Assembly (NCBI GenBank): GCA_965649265.1
Contig: CBFGKC010000009.1
Span: 1 to 64,000, forward strand
DNA from: a candidate division WOR-3 bacterium
GTDB taxonomy: Bacteria > Hydrothermota > Tepidihabitantia > B3-TA06
Length of the DNA: 64,000 bases
Direction: 5' to 3'
In this document: positions 38,040 to 48,726 of the stretch, piece by piece
Layout: each line of letters begins with the position of its first letter
Numbering within the stretch: the stretch's first letter is position 1
Notes under the pieces: generated by a model
Database searches by the model: none
Told to the model about the DNA's origin: nothing
What the model saw: only the letters and a program-made list of their open reading frames with translations
Program-made: the position numbers and the translations under genes

Positions 38040-39016
38040 AAAAAAACACACGCGACATAATCTTCTTCTGGGCAAGAATCCTGATCGCCGTTACGTTCAT
38101 CGCTATAATAGTTTTGACCGTGGACTTGAAAAAGACCTGGGAAGACTTGAAGCACACCTCCCCCCTCTTCGTAGGTCTGGCAGTACTTGCGTACATGGCT
38201 TTTATTGCATGTCTCGCCCTGCGCTGGCTGATACTTTCAAAGGCGCGCAAACATCCGTATGGCTTTTTTTATCTTTACCGGAGTCTTGTCATTCACTTTC
38301 TATTCAACAACGTGCTCCCGACGACGATTGGCGGGGACGTCTACAGAATAATGGACACGGGCGGCCATGAAGGCAAGGGGGTTTCATTCTCGGTAGTCTG
38401 GACGGACAGGATGATTGGTTTTATAGGAGTATTCACCTTTGCTTTTCTTGCGAGTATTTTTTATTCGATCGTAAGCAAGAAATTCATCCTGCTCCTGATC
38501 TTTGGAGCCGCTTTCCTCTTTTCCGTTACACTTACCGCCGCCTTCCTTTCGAAAAGAATAAACGACTGGCTCTCAACCTGGCTGCCGAAATTCAAGATAT
38601 TCGGGTATCCACTTGGTGAAAAGGTTGCAGGGGCTTTTCGCTCAATAACCGACTACCGTAATCACAAGACCGCGCTTCTTGCCGCTGCCGCCGTCTCGTT
38701 AGGTGTCCAGATCAGCCTTGCTCTTGTCTGGTATCTGTTGTTCTTGTCGCTCGGCGGAAAGACCGATTTCGTAAACATAATGGTCACGATACCTGTGGTG
38801 AACACGCTCGCCATGTTCTCCGTCGGCGGCTGGGGTCTCCGCGAGCAAACCTTTGTCGAGATGCTTTCCACTTTCGCAGTATCCAGGACAACCGCTCTCG
38901 CAACCTCTATACTCTTTGACGCCGTAAACGTCTTTTTTGGAATCGTCGGCGGCATATTCCTTCTTTTCCGGAAGAAATCGATAAAGAAAAGCTCCGAGAA
39001 ACCTGCTAAGTCCTGA
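38036..39016 (+). CDS. Lysylphosphatidylglycerol synthase TM / flippase-like (UPF0104) membrane protein
   Basis: Multiple TM helices; FNNVLPTTIGGDVYR and GGWGLRE motifs. Confidence 0.88.
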   Translation: MKKNTRDIIFFWARILIAVTFIAIIVLTVDLKKTWEDLKHTSPLFVGLAVLAYMAFIACLALRWLILSKARKHPYGFFYLYRSLVIHFLFNNVLPTTIGGDVYRIMDTGGHEGKGVSFSVVWTDRMIGFIGVFTFAFLASIFYSIVSKKFILLLIFGAAFLFSVTLTAAFLSKRINDWLSTWLPKFKIFGYPLGEKVAGAFRSITDYRNHKTALLAAAAVSLGVQISLALVWYLLFLSLGGKTDFVNIMVTIPVVNTLAMFSVGGWGLREQTFVEMLSTFAVSRTTALATSILFDAVNVFFGIVGGIFLLFRKKSIKKSSEKPAKS

Positions 39017-39169
39017 TTTACCTCTTTCTGATTTCTACTTAAGATAATTCAAATTGAGGACTTGACACCAAAAAGTTCAAGCCTATAATCTCGAATCTTT
39101 TAGGAATCATTTAGGGGAAATGGCGATGCCAATACAATCTAACCGGTTATTACCGAAAGGAACACGACA

Positions 39170-40084
39170 ATGTACAAAGGCTACTGCATTCAAGACGGCC
39201 GAATCGTCGAAAGCCGTGATGAAAAAAGCACTGTCGTGGTTTACACGAACCCTGACGAGCGCGAGAGAAGATATCTGATAGATGAGCTTAAGCTCGACGA
39301 ACACACGCTCGGGTCCGTGGCTGACCCGGACGAGCTGCCTCGTCTTGAGTTCGAACCCGAACACCTGGCCATCATATTTAAACGACCTAAAAGCTATCTC
39401 GGCAAGGATCAGTTCTTTTTCAAGGTTTCATCAACAGGTATATATTTATTTAAAGATCGGCTGGTCGTAGTAACATACGACGAGACGCCTATATTCGAAG
39501 GTAAACATTTCACAAAGGTAAATTCCATAAGCGAGATTGTTTTAAAAATCATCTACCGATCCATAGTTCATTTCGTCGAACACCTTAAGATAATAAACAC
39601 TCTCTCGGAGGAGCTTGAGGGAAAAATAAACGCCTCGATGGGTAACAAGTACCTCATCAATCTCTTTACCCTTGAGAAAAGTCTTGTTTACTATCTCAAC
39701 GCCATCAATGCAAACGGGGTCGTCATTGAAAAACTTCGCACCAACTCCTCTAAGATTGGGCTCAACCAGTTCGAAATGGAATTCCTCGAAGATATCATGA
39801 TTGAGAACAACCAGTGCTACAAACAAGCCGAGATATACGCAAACATTCTCGCAGGGCTCATGGACGCAAGGGTTTCGATCGTAAGCAACAATCTCAACAT
39901 AATAATGAAAACCCTGACCATCATAACCGTAGCCATAATGGTTCCCACTTTCGTCGTAAGCGCATTCTCCATGAACGTACCCTTGCCTATAAAAGCCGGG
40001 CCATACGCGTACTGGATAGTCATGGGAATGGCTCTCGTTTCCGTGGGAGGAGTATTCCTTCTATGGAAGTTGAAAAAGTGGTAA
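39170..40084 (+). CDS. corA: CorA-family magnesium transporter
   Basis: DPDELPRLE and SNNLNIIMKTLT motifs, (G/S)MN signature FSMNV, two C-terminal TMs; promoter TTGACA(39062)-16-TATAAT. Confidence 0.92.
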   Translation: MYKGYCIQDGRIVESRDEKSTVVVYTNPDERERRYLIDELKLDEHTLGSVADPDELPRLEFEPEHLAIIFKRPKSYLGKDQFFFKVSSTGIYLFKDRLVVVTYDETPIFEGKHFTKVNSISEIVLKIIYRSIVHFVEHLKIINTLSEELEGKINASMGNKYLINLFTLEKSLVYYLNAINANGVVIEKLRTNSSKIGLNQFEMEFLEDIMIENNQCYKQAEIYANILAGLMDARVSIVSNNLNIIMKTLTIITVAIMVPTFVVSAFSMNVPLPIKAGPYAYWIVMGMALVSVGGVFLLWKLKKW

Positions 40085-40272
40085 TACTCAATCTACAGAC
40101 ACTTGTCAATCGTTAATAGCTAACTTCAACACCTGCAACGATTGGCGGAGCTTTAGATTTGAACGTCCAAAGTCACCATGATTTTTTCTACACGGTCGCC
40201 GCAGACTCCGGCAAGGTCCCAATTTGATGAATGAACACGCTCCTTTGCCGTAACTTTGAACAGGGAGAAGAA

Positions 40273-41166
40273 CTACTCAGGCAAATAGGCCTCGGGCGGC
40301 TTTGTCGCGCGGCGCACGAACCCCTCGTCCTTACGCCACTCCTTAGCTACCTTGATGTGAAGCTCAAGGTATACAGGTCTTGACGAGAGCGCTTCGATTT
40401 TCTGCCTTGCTTTTGTTCCAAGCCTTTTTATAGCCTCTCCCCCCTTGCCGAGAATGATTGGCCTTTGCGATTCGCGTTCCACGTAAAGGACCGCACGGAT
40501 GAAATCCTTTCTGCCCTCCTGCTCCCTGTACTCCTCGATTTCAACAAAAACAGCATAAGGAATCTCCTCCCCGTAAAGCTCGAAGAGAGATTCACGCACC
40601 GCCTCGGCGGCAAAGAAGCGCATCGGATAAGTTGTTGGTATCTCTTGAGGGAAGTACGGCTCGCCCTCAGGGGAAAGCGCAAAAAGGGTTTTCAGGAGTT
40701 CGGGAAGACCCTCCCCCTTCAATGCGGAAATGGGGTGAATATCCGAAAGACCAAGCTGGCGATAGCGGTCGATGAGGGGAAGAAGCTCCAGCTTGTCTTT
40801 GACCGTGTCGACCTTGTTAATCGCGAGGGCCACCATTTTCTTTATTGACCGGACGAAAATGGAAAACTCCTCGCCCGGTTCATAACCGGCTTCGACCATG
40901 ACGAGAATAATGTCCGCGTCCTCGAGGGCCGAATCTATTTGAGTGCGCATGAATTCGTAAATCGCTCCACTGCGCTGAACGAGCCCTGGGGTGTCCAGAA
41001 ATACAAGCTGACCCTCGGGAGTAGAAAGAATCCCCAGGATGTTCTGGGCGGTAGTCTGTGGTTTTGGTGATACCGCGGACAGCTTCATTCCGAGGTACGA
41101 GTTAAGAAGCGTTGATTTGCCTACGTTCGGCGGACCGACAATCGCGACATAAGCGGATTTATTCAA
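40273..41166 (-). CDS. era: GTPase Era
   Basis: GPPNVGKST, KPQTT, DTPG, NKVD and EEIPY motifs, plus a KH domain ILGKGG. Confidence 0.96.
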   Translation of the reverse strand: MNKSAYVAIVGPPNVGKSTLLNSYLGMKLSAVSPKPQTTAQNILGILSTPEGQLVFLDTPGLVQRSGAIYEFMRTQIDSALEDADIILVMVEAGYEPGEEFSIFVRSIKKMVALAINKVDTVKDKLELLPLIDRYRQLGLSDIHPISALKGEGLPELLKTLFALSPEGEPYFPQEIPTTYPMRFFAAEAVRESLFELYGEEIPYAVFVEIEEYREQEGRKDFIRAVLYVERESQRPIILGKGGEAIKRLGTKARQKIEALSSRPVYLELHIKVAKEWRKDEGFVRRATKPPEAYLPE

Positions 41167-44100
41167 GCTCTACCTCCATAAGATGAGCATCAGCGGTGAA
41201 CAAAATGAAGCACGAATGCACTGGCAACTTCCATATCTTTTTCGCAGCATCGGCGTAAAGCCTGAGCTGTTCTTTGTAAATTTCTTTCGCTTCGATACCT
41301 GAAGGAAACGACTTGTAATCGATTATATCCAGACCCTGGGGTGTAAGCAACACCCTGTCAATTCGACCTGAAACGACCTCGATACCCCGCCTCATGATAA
41401 ATGGGACTTCGCTTTCCGCATTCAACCGGGGCAGTATGAATCTCTCGAGGAGACCTGAATGGTCGAGACGCTCGATTTGGCTTTGGATTTTATTAACGTA
41501 GACGTCCGCCATCGACGGTGCCAAATTTAAAGAAAGCACTATCGAGTTCACAGACACGCGAATTGAATTCTTATCGGTTCGAACGGCGCCCTTGGAGACT
41601 CTGTCGAGAAGGATATGAAGTATTTCGCCGAAATGAATGAGGCCTTGAGCGGTTTCGTATTCTTTTTCCATTTCGTCACTGGCGGTAGTGAAAATCAACG
41701 GTTCAGTCGACCACTTGCGCTCAAGGTGAATGTCATGTTCCTCCCGATGATCTTCCGGGATATCGGTTTCCTGTTCCGTGAATACGTTGTCCCTTATTTC
41801 GAGTTTGATCCCTTTTAGAGACGCGGGTAGTTCCAAAACGTTGTCCAATTCACGCAAGCCCAACCCCTGAACCAGGTAATCAAGCCAGCCCGAAGCTTTA
41901 CCAGTCCAGGTCCCGGAGAGGAAAAGGGCGTCACGAGCGCGTGTCACGGCAACATAGAAAAGTCTCTTTTGTTCCTCGGCGATTTTAGCTTCCCACAGCA
42001 ACTTTTCAGGATGCTCTTTGTAGGAAGAATCGGAAAAGGTAAAAATGACTTTTTCCCCATCCTCTCTTCTTGAAAGCCCTTCGCTTCGCCTGGATGAATG
42101 CTCTTCAAGGCCTGCAAGAAAGACCACTTTGGAATCAAGGCCTTTCGAAGCATGGATCGTCATAAGCCTGACGGCATCCCGACCTTCGATGTTCACGTTG
42201 GCCTTGGGTTCGTCCTCACGCGTGCTCATTCTTTCCAGACGCTCCGCTATTCGATACATGGAAAGACCTTCCTCGTCAAAGTTTTCAAGAATTCTTAAGA
42301 ATTTGTGAATGTTTTCGTTCTGCTGTTCATCGGCAAACCATGACCAGAGAGCACGCTCATTGAAGATACTTTCAAAAAGAACGGCGGAAGGCTCCCTGTC
42401 AACCTTTGCAATTATTCTTTCGAACCACGAAACGGACTCGGCAAATTTTGACTCATGAATGCTGCACAGCTTGGCCCAGAGATTTGCTCCTTCTCTGAAA
42501 GCAACCTCGAGTATTTCATCTTCGGTAATACCCAATAAAGGCGAACGCATGATTCCGTACAATGAGAGGGAATCGGATTGATTTGCTAGAAACCGGACGA
42601 GCTGCCTGAGAAGTACGGATTCAGGAGTCGAGTAAAACCCCGTACCGCCCACTACCACAAAGGGTATTCGGCATTTGCGAAGCGCTTCCTCATAACTGGC
42701 AAGGTGTGTTCGTGCTCGGATCAGGATGGTAACATCTTCAAACCTGCACGGCCTTTCTGTTTCTTCGTTATCCGACTTCTCAAAAACAGGAAGCACTCCG
42801 ATTATTTCCGTTATTCTTTGGGCTATAGTCCGGGCTTCCGCATTCTTCTGCTCGTTCATAAGGGCGCCGGGTTCCATTCGAGTCAGCAGTATCTCAACAA
42901 CGCCTCTGGCTCCGGGGTTTCTGCGCGCGGTAAATTTCTCGTAAGGAGTTTTCCATGCTTCTTCTTCCTTGTGCATAAGCCTTGAAAACAACTCGTTAAC
43001 GAAATCGATTATCAAAGGAAGGCTCCTGTAGTTCTCCCGTAATACGACTTCTTCAAAACCGCCCCTCATCCACTCCCGCATCTCGAATCTTGCTTTTTCA
43101 AAAACCTCAACGTTTGCACCCCTGAAAAGGTACACCGACTGTTTAACGTCCCCTACAATAAAGAGTGTAGGGGTTTTACCTAGTTCACGCTTGGCACCCA
43201 TACCCGAACGCCACTCCTCGGTGAGTTTGGAAACTATAGCCCACTGCAGACCGTTTGTATCCTGGAATTCGTCAACCAGAATATGATCGGTTTGCTCGTC
43301 AAAACTCTGGAGAACGTTGGACCAGTTCGGCGAGTGATAGAGAACCTCATACAGTTTGTATTCCAGATCGCCGAAATCCAGCACCTTGTCCTTTCTCTTC
43401 CTTTCTTCGTATTTCTGGGCAAGATGGCGAAAAACCGTAATAAAACCCTCAGTTTCAACGGCAGAGCGCCAGCGCCAGAAAACGTCATAGAACCGGGCAA
43501 ATCCCTCGGCTTTCGCGGGAATCTCAGGTTTGCCCTTCGGAAAACGCTTTCTCAAAATGCCGTCTTTCGTAAGGAAACGCGACGAGGTTTTTTCCATGAC
43601 CGTGCGCAACACTTCCAGATGCTCTCGTTTTTTAGAAGGATCGGCCACCTTGTCGAACGCCGAGGCCTGCCAGAAATCCTCCCCCCAGGATTCCCTGAGA
43701 GTCTTCCAGGCAATCTCGTATTCTTCTGATATTGAGGATGTATCAATATCAAAAGCAAGATAACTCTGCGGTATCTGCAAGAAAAGGGAACGTATCCTCG
43801 TCCTGAGCCTTGTCCATCCTTCGACAAGAGTAAGATGACGTACCCAGAGAGAGGCGTCCGTCGAGCTTGCGCCAAGTTCCACGAGCCCTTCACGTATTAT
43901 TTCGTCGCGTATGAGATCGGCCTCTATGGCATCGAGAATCTTGAGGCTCGGCGATAAGTTTAACTCGAACGCAAAGCGCTCGAGAACCGAGAGCGCGAAC
44001 GAATGAACGGTGGAAATCCTGAAACGCGAGAGTTTTGGCTGTATTTCCGAATGCAAGGCAGGCAGGCGCTTTATAAGCAATTCAAGCACTCGTTCCTTCA

Positions 44101-44290
44101 TTTCGGCCGCCGCTTTTTCGGTAAAGGTTATAGCCAGTATTCTTTCGGGGGGGACCCCCTCCTCCAGAAGAGCAACGTAGCGTTCCGCAAGTTTCTGGGT
44201 CTTTCCCGAACCGGCGGGCGACGAAACGACAACACTTTTCTTCACGTCGAGATGGGTTGGATTCATGATCCTTCCTTTTAATTCGCCCAT
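41159..44290 (-). CDS. addA: AddA-like UvrD helicase/nuclease
   Basis: AGSGKT, ITFTEKAA, VDEFQDT, GDVKQSVY, TIHASKGL and YVAVTRA helicase motifs; C-terminal GRIDR...DYKS nuclease. Confidence 0.92.
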   Translation of the reverse strand: MGELKGRIMNPTHLDVKKSVVVSSPAGSGKTQKLAERYVALLEEGVPPERILAITFTEKAAAEMKERVLELLIKRLPALHSEIQPKLSRFRISTVHSFALSVLERFAFELNLSPSLKILDAIEADLIRDEIIREGLVELGASSTDASLWVRHLTLVEGWTRLRTRIRSLFLQIPQSYLAFDIDTSSISEEYEIAWKTLRESWGEDFWQASAFDKVADPSKKREHLEVLRTVMEKTSSRFLTKDGILRKRFPKGKPEIPAKAEGFARFYDVFWRWRSAVETEGFITVFRHLAQKYEERKRKDKVLDFGDLEYKLYEVLYHSPNWSNVLQSFDEQTDHILVDEFQDTNGLQWAIVSKLTEEWRSGMGAKRELGKTPTLFIVGDVKQSVYLFRGANVEVFEKARFEMREWMRGGFEEVVLRENYRSLPLIIDFVNELFSRLMHKEEEAWKTPYEKFTARRNPGARGVVEILLTRMEPGALMNEQKNAEARTIAQRITEIIGVLPVFEKSDNEETERPCRFEDVTILIRARTHLASYEEALRKCRIPFVVVGGTGFYSTPESVLLRQLVRFLANQSDSLSLYGIMRSPLLGITEDEILEVAFREGANLWAKLCSIHESKFAESVSWFERIIAKVDREPSAVLFESIFNERALWSWFADEQQNENIHKFLRILENFDEEGLSMYRIAERLERMSTREDEPKANVNIEGRDAVRLMTIHASKGLDSKVVFLAGLEEHSSRRSEGLSRREDGEKVIFTFSDSSYKEHPEKLLWEAKIAEEQKRLFYVAVTRARDALFLSGTWTGKASGWLDYLVQGLGLRELDNVLELPASLKGIKLEIRDNVFTEQETDIPEDHREEHDIHLERKWSTEPLIFTTASDEMEKEYETAQGLIHFGEILHILLDRVSKGAVRTDKNSIRVSVNSIVLSLNLAPSMADVYVNKIQSQIERLDHSGLLERFILPRLNAESEVPFIMRRGIEVVSGRIDRVLLTPQGLDIIDYKSFPSGIEAKEIYKEQLRLYADAAKKIWKLPVHSCFILFTADAHLMEVELE

Positions 44291-46965
44291 CAGCCGCAGA
44301 ATTCCTTATACTCGCAGAAAAAGCAGGTTGCCGGTTTCTTCTCCGGCAATCCGAAATTCCCTTCGCGGATTTTTTCCACCGAGTCTCTGGCGAAAGCAAG
44401 CGCCCTCTGTATCGAATCTTCCGGCTCCTCTACCTGCACGATCTCTGATCTGTTGAAATCGTAAAGACCGAATGAATGGATTTCCGCATTAGCGCTTTTC
44501 CTTATCATCTCACAATAAAGCGGAAGCTGCAGAGATTCCCCTTTTCCGAGTTTTGCCGCAAAGCCGGTTTCTTTGCCTGTTTTGTAATCCATGACCCTTG
44601 CCCCCTGACCCATCCAGTCTACCCTGTCTACCCTGCCGCGAAGGGTGAAATTTCCCTCTTCGAAGAAAAATCTTATATCCCGTTCGAGCCATTCGGAGAC
44701 AATCCGCCATCCCTTTTCCTGTCTGACCTCCTCCTCTTGCCGGAACCAGTCAATTCGCGACCCCAGCCAGTCCTCAATCCACAGTCTGACGAATGGATTC
44801 AATCTCATCCTGTCAAGTTCAAAAGCAAGGCCGGCGCAGAGTTTCTCTTCAAGGTCCTGGGCTTTTGGATTCTCTCTCATGAGCCTTTCCATTACCGAAT
44901 GCAGCACGTTTCCCAAAAGCCTGGCCTCAGGCTCCTCAGAGGGTTCCTCCGAAGGTTCAAGACCCAGAACGGTGGCCAGGAAGTATCTATAGGGACAGTT
45001 TCTGTAGACCTCAAGTAATGTAACTTTGAACGGATACTCTGATCCGAATTTTTTTCGAAGAAGGTAAAGCGATTCGGCGTTTTCGAATACAACGCCTTGC
45101 CTGGATTCCGAGCCGTGTGAAGGTCTGGACAAAAGGAATTCTTCTGTGGAGTATACAGTCCTGTTTTCTGCTAAAGAAGACTCGCCGCGTTCTACGAGAA
45201 AGACCGAGGAAAGCAAAGGCCTGTCGCCCTCCATGGATGGAGCGGACAGGTAAAGGGCCTCCCTTGGCATGAGTTCAAGTCTTCGAAACTCAAACCTCGA
45301 GTCGAGGAAAGAATGCTCTCTGGAGGGTATGGAAATCGATTCCTTTATTCGCTCGGGAAGCAGAAGGTCGCGCCTCGGGTATTTCGGGAACTCTCCGTCG
45401 ACAAGCCCGCCCAAAAACAGATAGCGCACGTCGAGCCATCGGCTTTCGACAACCGGCACAACTCGAATCCCGAGAGGTGAATATTCCTCATCGTCAAGTT
45501 GAACATCCCGCGACAGGAGCGACTCAAGGGTCTCCCTTGCAAACCGCGGAGTCAGTTGTTTTTCACCCGTAAGCTCGAGCACCCTTTGAAGTTTCACAAA
45601 GGCGTCCTCCAGACCTTTCCTTAGTTCCGGCGGCGCATCCCAGCCCAGCCATTCAAGAATATCGCGAAGCTTTCTTGTAAAGCCCTCTGCAGGCATTGGT
45701 TTTGAGAATGATTCCGCCTTCGACGCGAATTCAGCCACGAACGAGCGTATCTCTCTTGCCGTGTGTTCCCCATGAATCGCCATCTTGCGCGAAGGTTCGG
45801 AAAGAAACCAACTCTTCCACGACCCCGCTCCTGAAACGATACCCTCATCCCGTGATAGAACGTCAACCCAGTCTCTAACGCTTTTTGGAACTTTCGTGAA
45901 AAACGGGGCAAGAAGAAGAGCAACCACATCACGCCTGCGAAATTTGTTTTCAGGTAAGTACAAGATATCGATCGCAGCACGAATGGCTGGAAACGATCCC
46001 AGAGCCGGACGAAGCGATATGTTGGCTTTTAACCCGTACCTGGCAAAAACACGAGCCACAAGCGACCTGTAGATTCCCAGGGCAGGAAAAACTACCATTA
46101 TCTCATCTGGGGTTACCCCCGTTTCGGACAGGGTACAAATGTGACGGGCTATTGCCGCAACTTCATCCTCACGCGAACGGTACCGTTTCCAGCAGGACAA
46201 GGGATTCGGGGAAGCCAAAGGTGCCTGCATGACCTTTAACCCTGCCGAGACGAAAAAGTTCTGGGCCTTGAGCGCGAGCGGATCATCGGGAATTATTACT
46301 ACCACCTCAGGTATCTTTTCCACCAGTGCCTCGAGCAGTCTTTGCTCGGAGGTTCTGGGTTCAAAATAGCCTTCAACCAGAAGAAGTTTCTCGCCGAGGT
46401 TCCCGATGTAATTCATTGACTCCTCTAAAAGACGCTCGTGATCGATGAATCCCTCTTTTTCCATGTGCGCGTCGTATCTCCGCAGCAACCCGAGAGCCTC
46501 TTCGAGTCTTCTCTCCGTATCGATGTCATAAAGGACATCCCGGGCAAGCTTCGGTATTTGTTCCCAATCATCGGGATAGAAGCGGCAGAGTTCGGCGTAA
46601 AGCTCGGATAGAAGACCTACGTGCTCCTCCCTGAAGAACAAGCTTTTTGATTCACGAATGAGTTTGAGGAAAACGAATCGCCTGTCGCGTTCATCAACTA
46701 TCCCTTTGGACGACCAGAGCGAAACAAGATTTTCTGCAAGTAGTTGGAGGGTAACGCTTTCCGGTATTTTGGACGCCGATTCCTTGTAAAGAGAAAGAAT
46801 CTCGAACACGGCTGCCCTTGCCTTCCGCTTATTCGGCGTAAGGTAGAGAATCTCCTCGGGTTTGAATTTACTGGATATTTCCAACTCGGAGAGCAGTCGC
46901 CTTGTGAATCCCGGCGAACAGAGCGGTCGCATGGCAAGCAGGCGAAGAGGTGCTCGAGAAGACAT
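44290..46965 (-). CDS. addB: AddB-like inactive helicase with PD-(D/E)XK nuclease and Fe-S cysteines
   Basis: CPYRYF, GRVDRVD, DYKTG and CFFCEYKEFC motifs; coupled to addA; promoter TTGACT-16-TAAACT-6 nt-ATG 46965. Confidence 0.88.
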   Translation of the reverse strand: MSSRAPLRLLAMRPLCSPGFTRRLLSELEISSKFKPEEILYLTPNKRKARAAVFEILSLYKESASKIPESVTLQLLAENLVSLWSSKGIVDERDRRFVFLKLIRESKSLFFREEHVGLLSELYAELCRFYPDDWEQIPKLARDVLYDIDTERRLEEALGLLRRYDAHMEKEGFIDHERLLEESMNYIGNLGEKLLLVEGYFEPRTSEQRLLEALVEKIPEVVVIIPDDPLALKAQNFFVSAGLKVMQAPLASPNPLSCWKRYRSREDEVAAIARHICTLSETGVTPDEIMVVFPALGIYRSLVARVFARYGLKANISLRPALGSFPAIRAAIDILYLPENKFRRRDVVALLLAPFFTKVPKSVRDWVDVLSRDEGIVSGAGSWKSWFLSEPSRKMAIHGEHTAREIRSFVAEFASKAESFSKPMPAEGFTRKLRDILEWLGWDAPPELRKGLEDAFVKLQRVLELTGEKQLTPRFARETLESLLSRDVQLDDEEYSPLGIRVVPVVESRWLDVRYLFLGGLVDGEFPKYPRRDLLLPERIKESISIPSREHSFLDSRFEFRRLELMPREALYLSAPSMEGDRPLLSSVFLVERGESSLAENRTVYSTEEFLLSRPSHGSESRQGVVFENAESLYLLRKKFGSEYPFKVTLLEVYRNCPYRYFLATVLGLEPSEEPSEEPEARLLGNVLHSVMERLMRENPKAQDLEEKLCAGLAFELDRMRLNPFVRLWIEDWLGSRIDWFRQEEEVRQEKGWRIVSEWLERDIRFFFEEGNFTLRGRVDRVDWMGQGARVMDYKTGKETGFAAKLGKGESLQLPLYCEMIRKSANAEIHSFGLYDFNRSEIVQVEEPEDSIQRALAFARDSVEKIREGNFGLPEKKPATCFFCEYKEFCG

Positions 46966-47214
46966 CAACGCAGTTTAGCTGAAAGAGCGAACAAGTCAAT
47001 CAGATTGAGAAGGTGAGAGAATATGTTATCTTCATGAAGGAAGTCTGTCATCTCCAAATCAAATGGATAAACGACATCAATACTTTAGTTGTCTAATAAA
47101 CCACTCGCAGTATCGCGAGCGAAACGTCTTTATAATTTATTTATTCCAGGGTGTTTTAATACTCATGGACACCAATAGCTTGACTACTCATTCAGGCTGC
47201 GTATCATTCTATCC

Positions 47215-48705
47215 GTGAGAATCAGCATCCGCTACAAGATAGCAGGTCTGCTTGTAATCCTGGTATTTCTCTTGATGGGTGGTACAGGTTTTGCGATTAT
47301 TAGACTTGTGCGCCAGTCCTTCCTCGAGGAAATAAAACTGCGCGGTATAATTCTTGCCCGCAACGTGGCTTTTTCGGCGGAGGACCCCCTCATGGAAGCC
47401 GATGACTTGACGCTCGCGATACTCTCAAGGGATGCGTTGAAACACAAGGGAAGCGTTTACGCGTACATATTAAATCAGGACGGTGTCACGGCTTCGGCTC
47501 CGGCAAGAATGGAGCGTTCCAAGGGAATAGATTCGGCAAAAATATACTTCCAGGACAGCCTGTGGCGAAAAACCATTCCGGGATCGATAAAGATTCCCTC
47601 GGGGCAAGACTATGCGTCCAAAACGGTCTTCGACAAGGAGTGGGGCGAGATATACGAGGTTGCGGTTCCCGTCATGCTGGGAGGACAGAAGAAGATCGGC
47701 GAGGTGCACGTCGGAATAGATCTGACAAGCCTGCAGGAGGCATCACGAAACATTCAGATAGTGGTCGGGACGATCGCTTTAGTCGGCATCATCGTAGGCA
47801 TCCTGGGCGCATTCGGCCTGGCCTCATACCTTATCCGGCCTCTGAGGGCGCTAGTCTTCGGTGTGCACGAGATCGGCAGGGGAAACTTCGAATTCCGCAT
47901 CAAAAAGCAGTCGAATGACGAGATAGGTGATCTTACCATCGAGTTCAATAAGATGGCCAAGGATCTCAAGGACAAGGTGCTGATCGAGGACGCTTTCAAA
48001 CGTTACGTATCCCATCAGGTTGCCGACGAGATTCTCAAGGACCCGGACGTATTCGCAAAGTCATTGAAGGGAGAAAAGAGACCGGTGACCATCTTCTTCG
48101 GCGATATCCGCGGATTCACGACGATATCCGAGCAGTTACCACCGGAGGAGGTGGTTGCATTCCTGAACTTCTATCTCACGGAGATGACTACCATTATCTT
48201 CGCCAACGAGGGAACGATTGACAAGTTCATGGGCGATTGCATCATGGCCATCTTCGGCGCCCCTGTCAGGCACGATTCGGATGTGCTTCATGCGGTCAGG
48301 TCTGCGGTCGAGATTCAAAAGAAAGTCGAAGAGCTGAACAAACAGCGTATTTCAGAAGGAAAGCGCGATATCCATGTTGGCATAGGAATCAACTACGGCG
48401 AAGCCGTCGTTGGTAACATCGGTTCTACTCAACGATTGGAGTATACGGTAATCGGAGACAGCGTTAACACCGCGGCAAGACTTCAAACACTTGCAAAAGG
48501 CGGCGAGATAGTGGTCTCCGACAGCGTCTACGATCAGGTGAAGGATCAATTCGACTTCGTGGCCATGGATCCGGTAACCGTCAAGGGCAAATCGCAGGTC
48601 CTCAAGGTCTGGAAAATCAAGCTGCCCATATATACGAGCGCTGAATACCAGGCCACTCCGATGCCCAAGCAACAATCGAAGAAGAATCCCGAAGAACTTG
48701 ATTAG
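47215..48705 (+). CDS. Membrane-bound class III adenylate cyclase with extracytoplasmic sensor and HAMP domain
   Basis: Two TMs, DEIGDL HAMP, and FGDIRGFT, DKFMGD, GNIGS and GDSVNTAARL motifs. Confidence 0.93.
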   Translation: MRISIRYKIAGLLVILVFLLMGGTGFAIIRLVRQSFLEEIKLRGIILARNVAFSAEDPLMEADDLTLAILSRDALKHKGSVYAYILNQDGVTASAPARMERSKGIDSAKIYFQDSLWRKTIPGSIKIPSGQDYASKTVFDKEWGEIYEVAVPVMLGGQKKIGEVHVGIDLTSLQEASRNIQIVVGTIALVGIIVGILGAFGLASYLIRPLRALVFGVHEIGRGNFEFRIKKQSNDEIGDLTIEFNKMAKDLKDKVLIEDAFKRYVSHQVADEILKDPDVFAKSLKGEKRPVTIFFGDIRGFTTISEQLPPEEVVAFLNFYLTEMTTIIFANEGTIDKFMGDCIMAIFGAPVRHDSDVLHAVRSAVEIQKKVEELNKQRISEGKRDIHVGIGINYGEAVVGNIGSTQRLEYTVIGDSVNTAARLQTLAKGGEIVVSDSVYDQVKDQFDFVAMDPVTVKGKSQVLKVWKIKLPIYTSAEYQATPMPKQQSKKNPEELD

Positions 48706-48726
48706 AAGAAAAGGAGTTCCTTACAA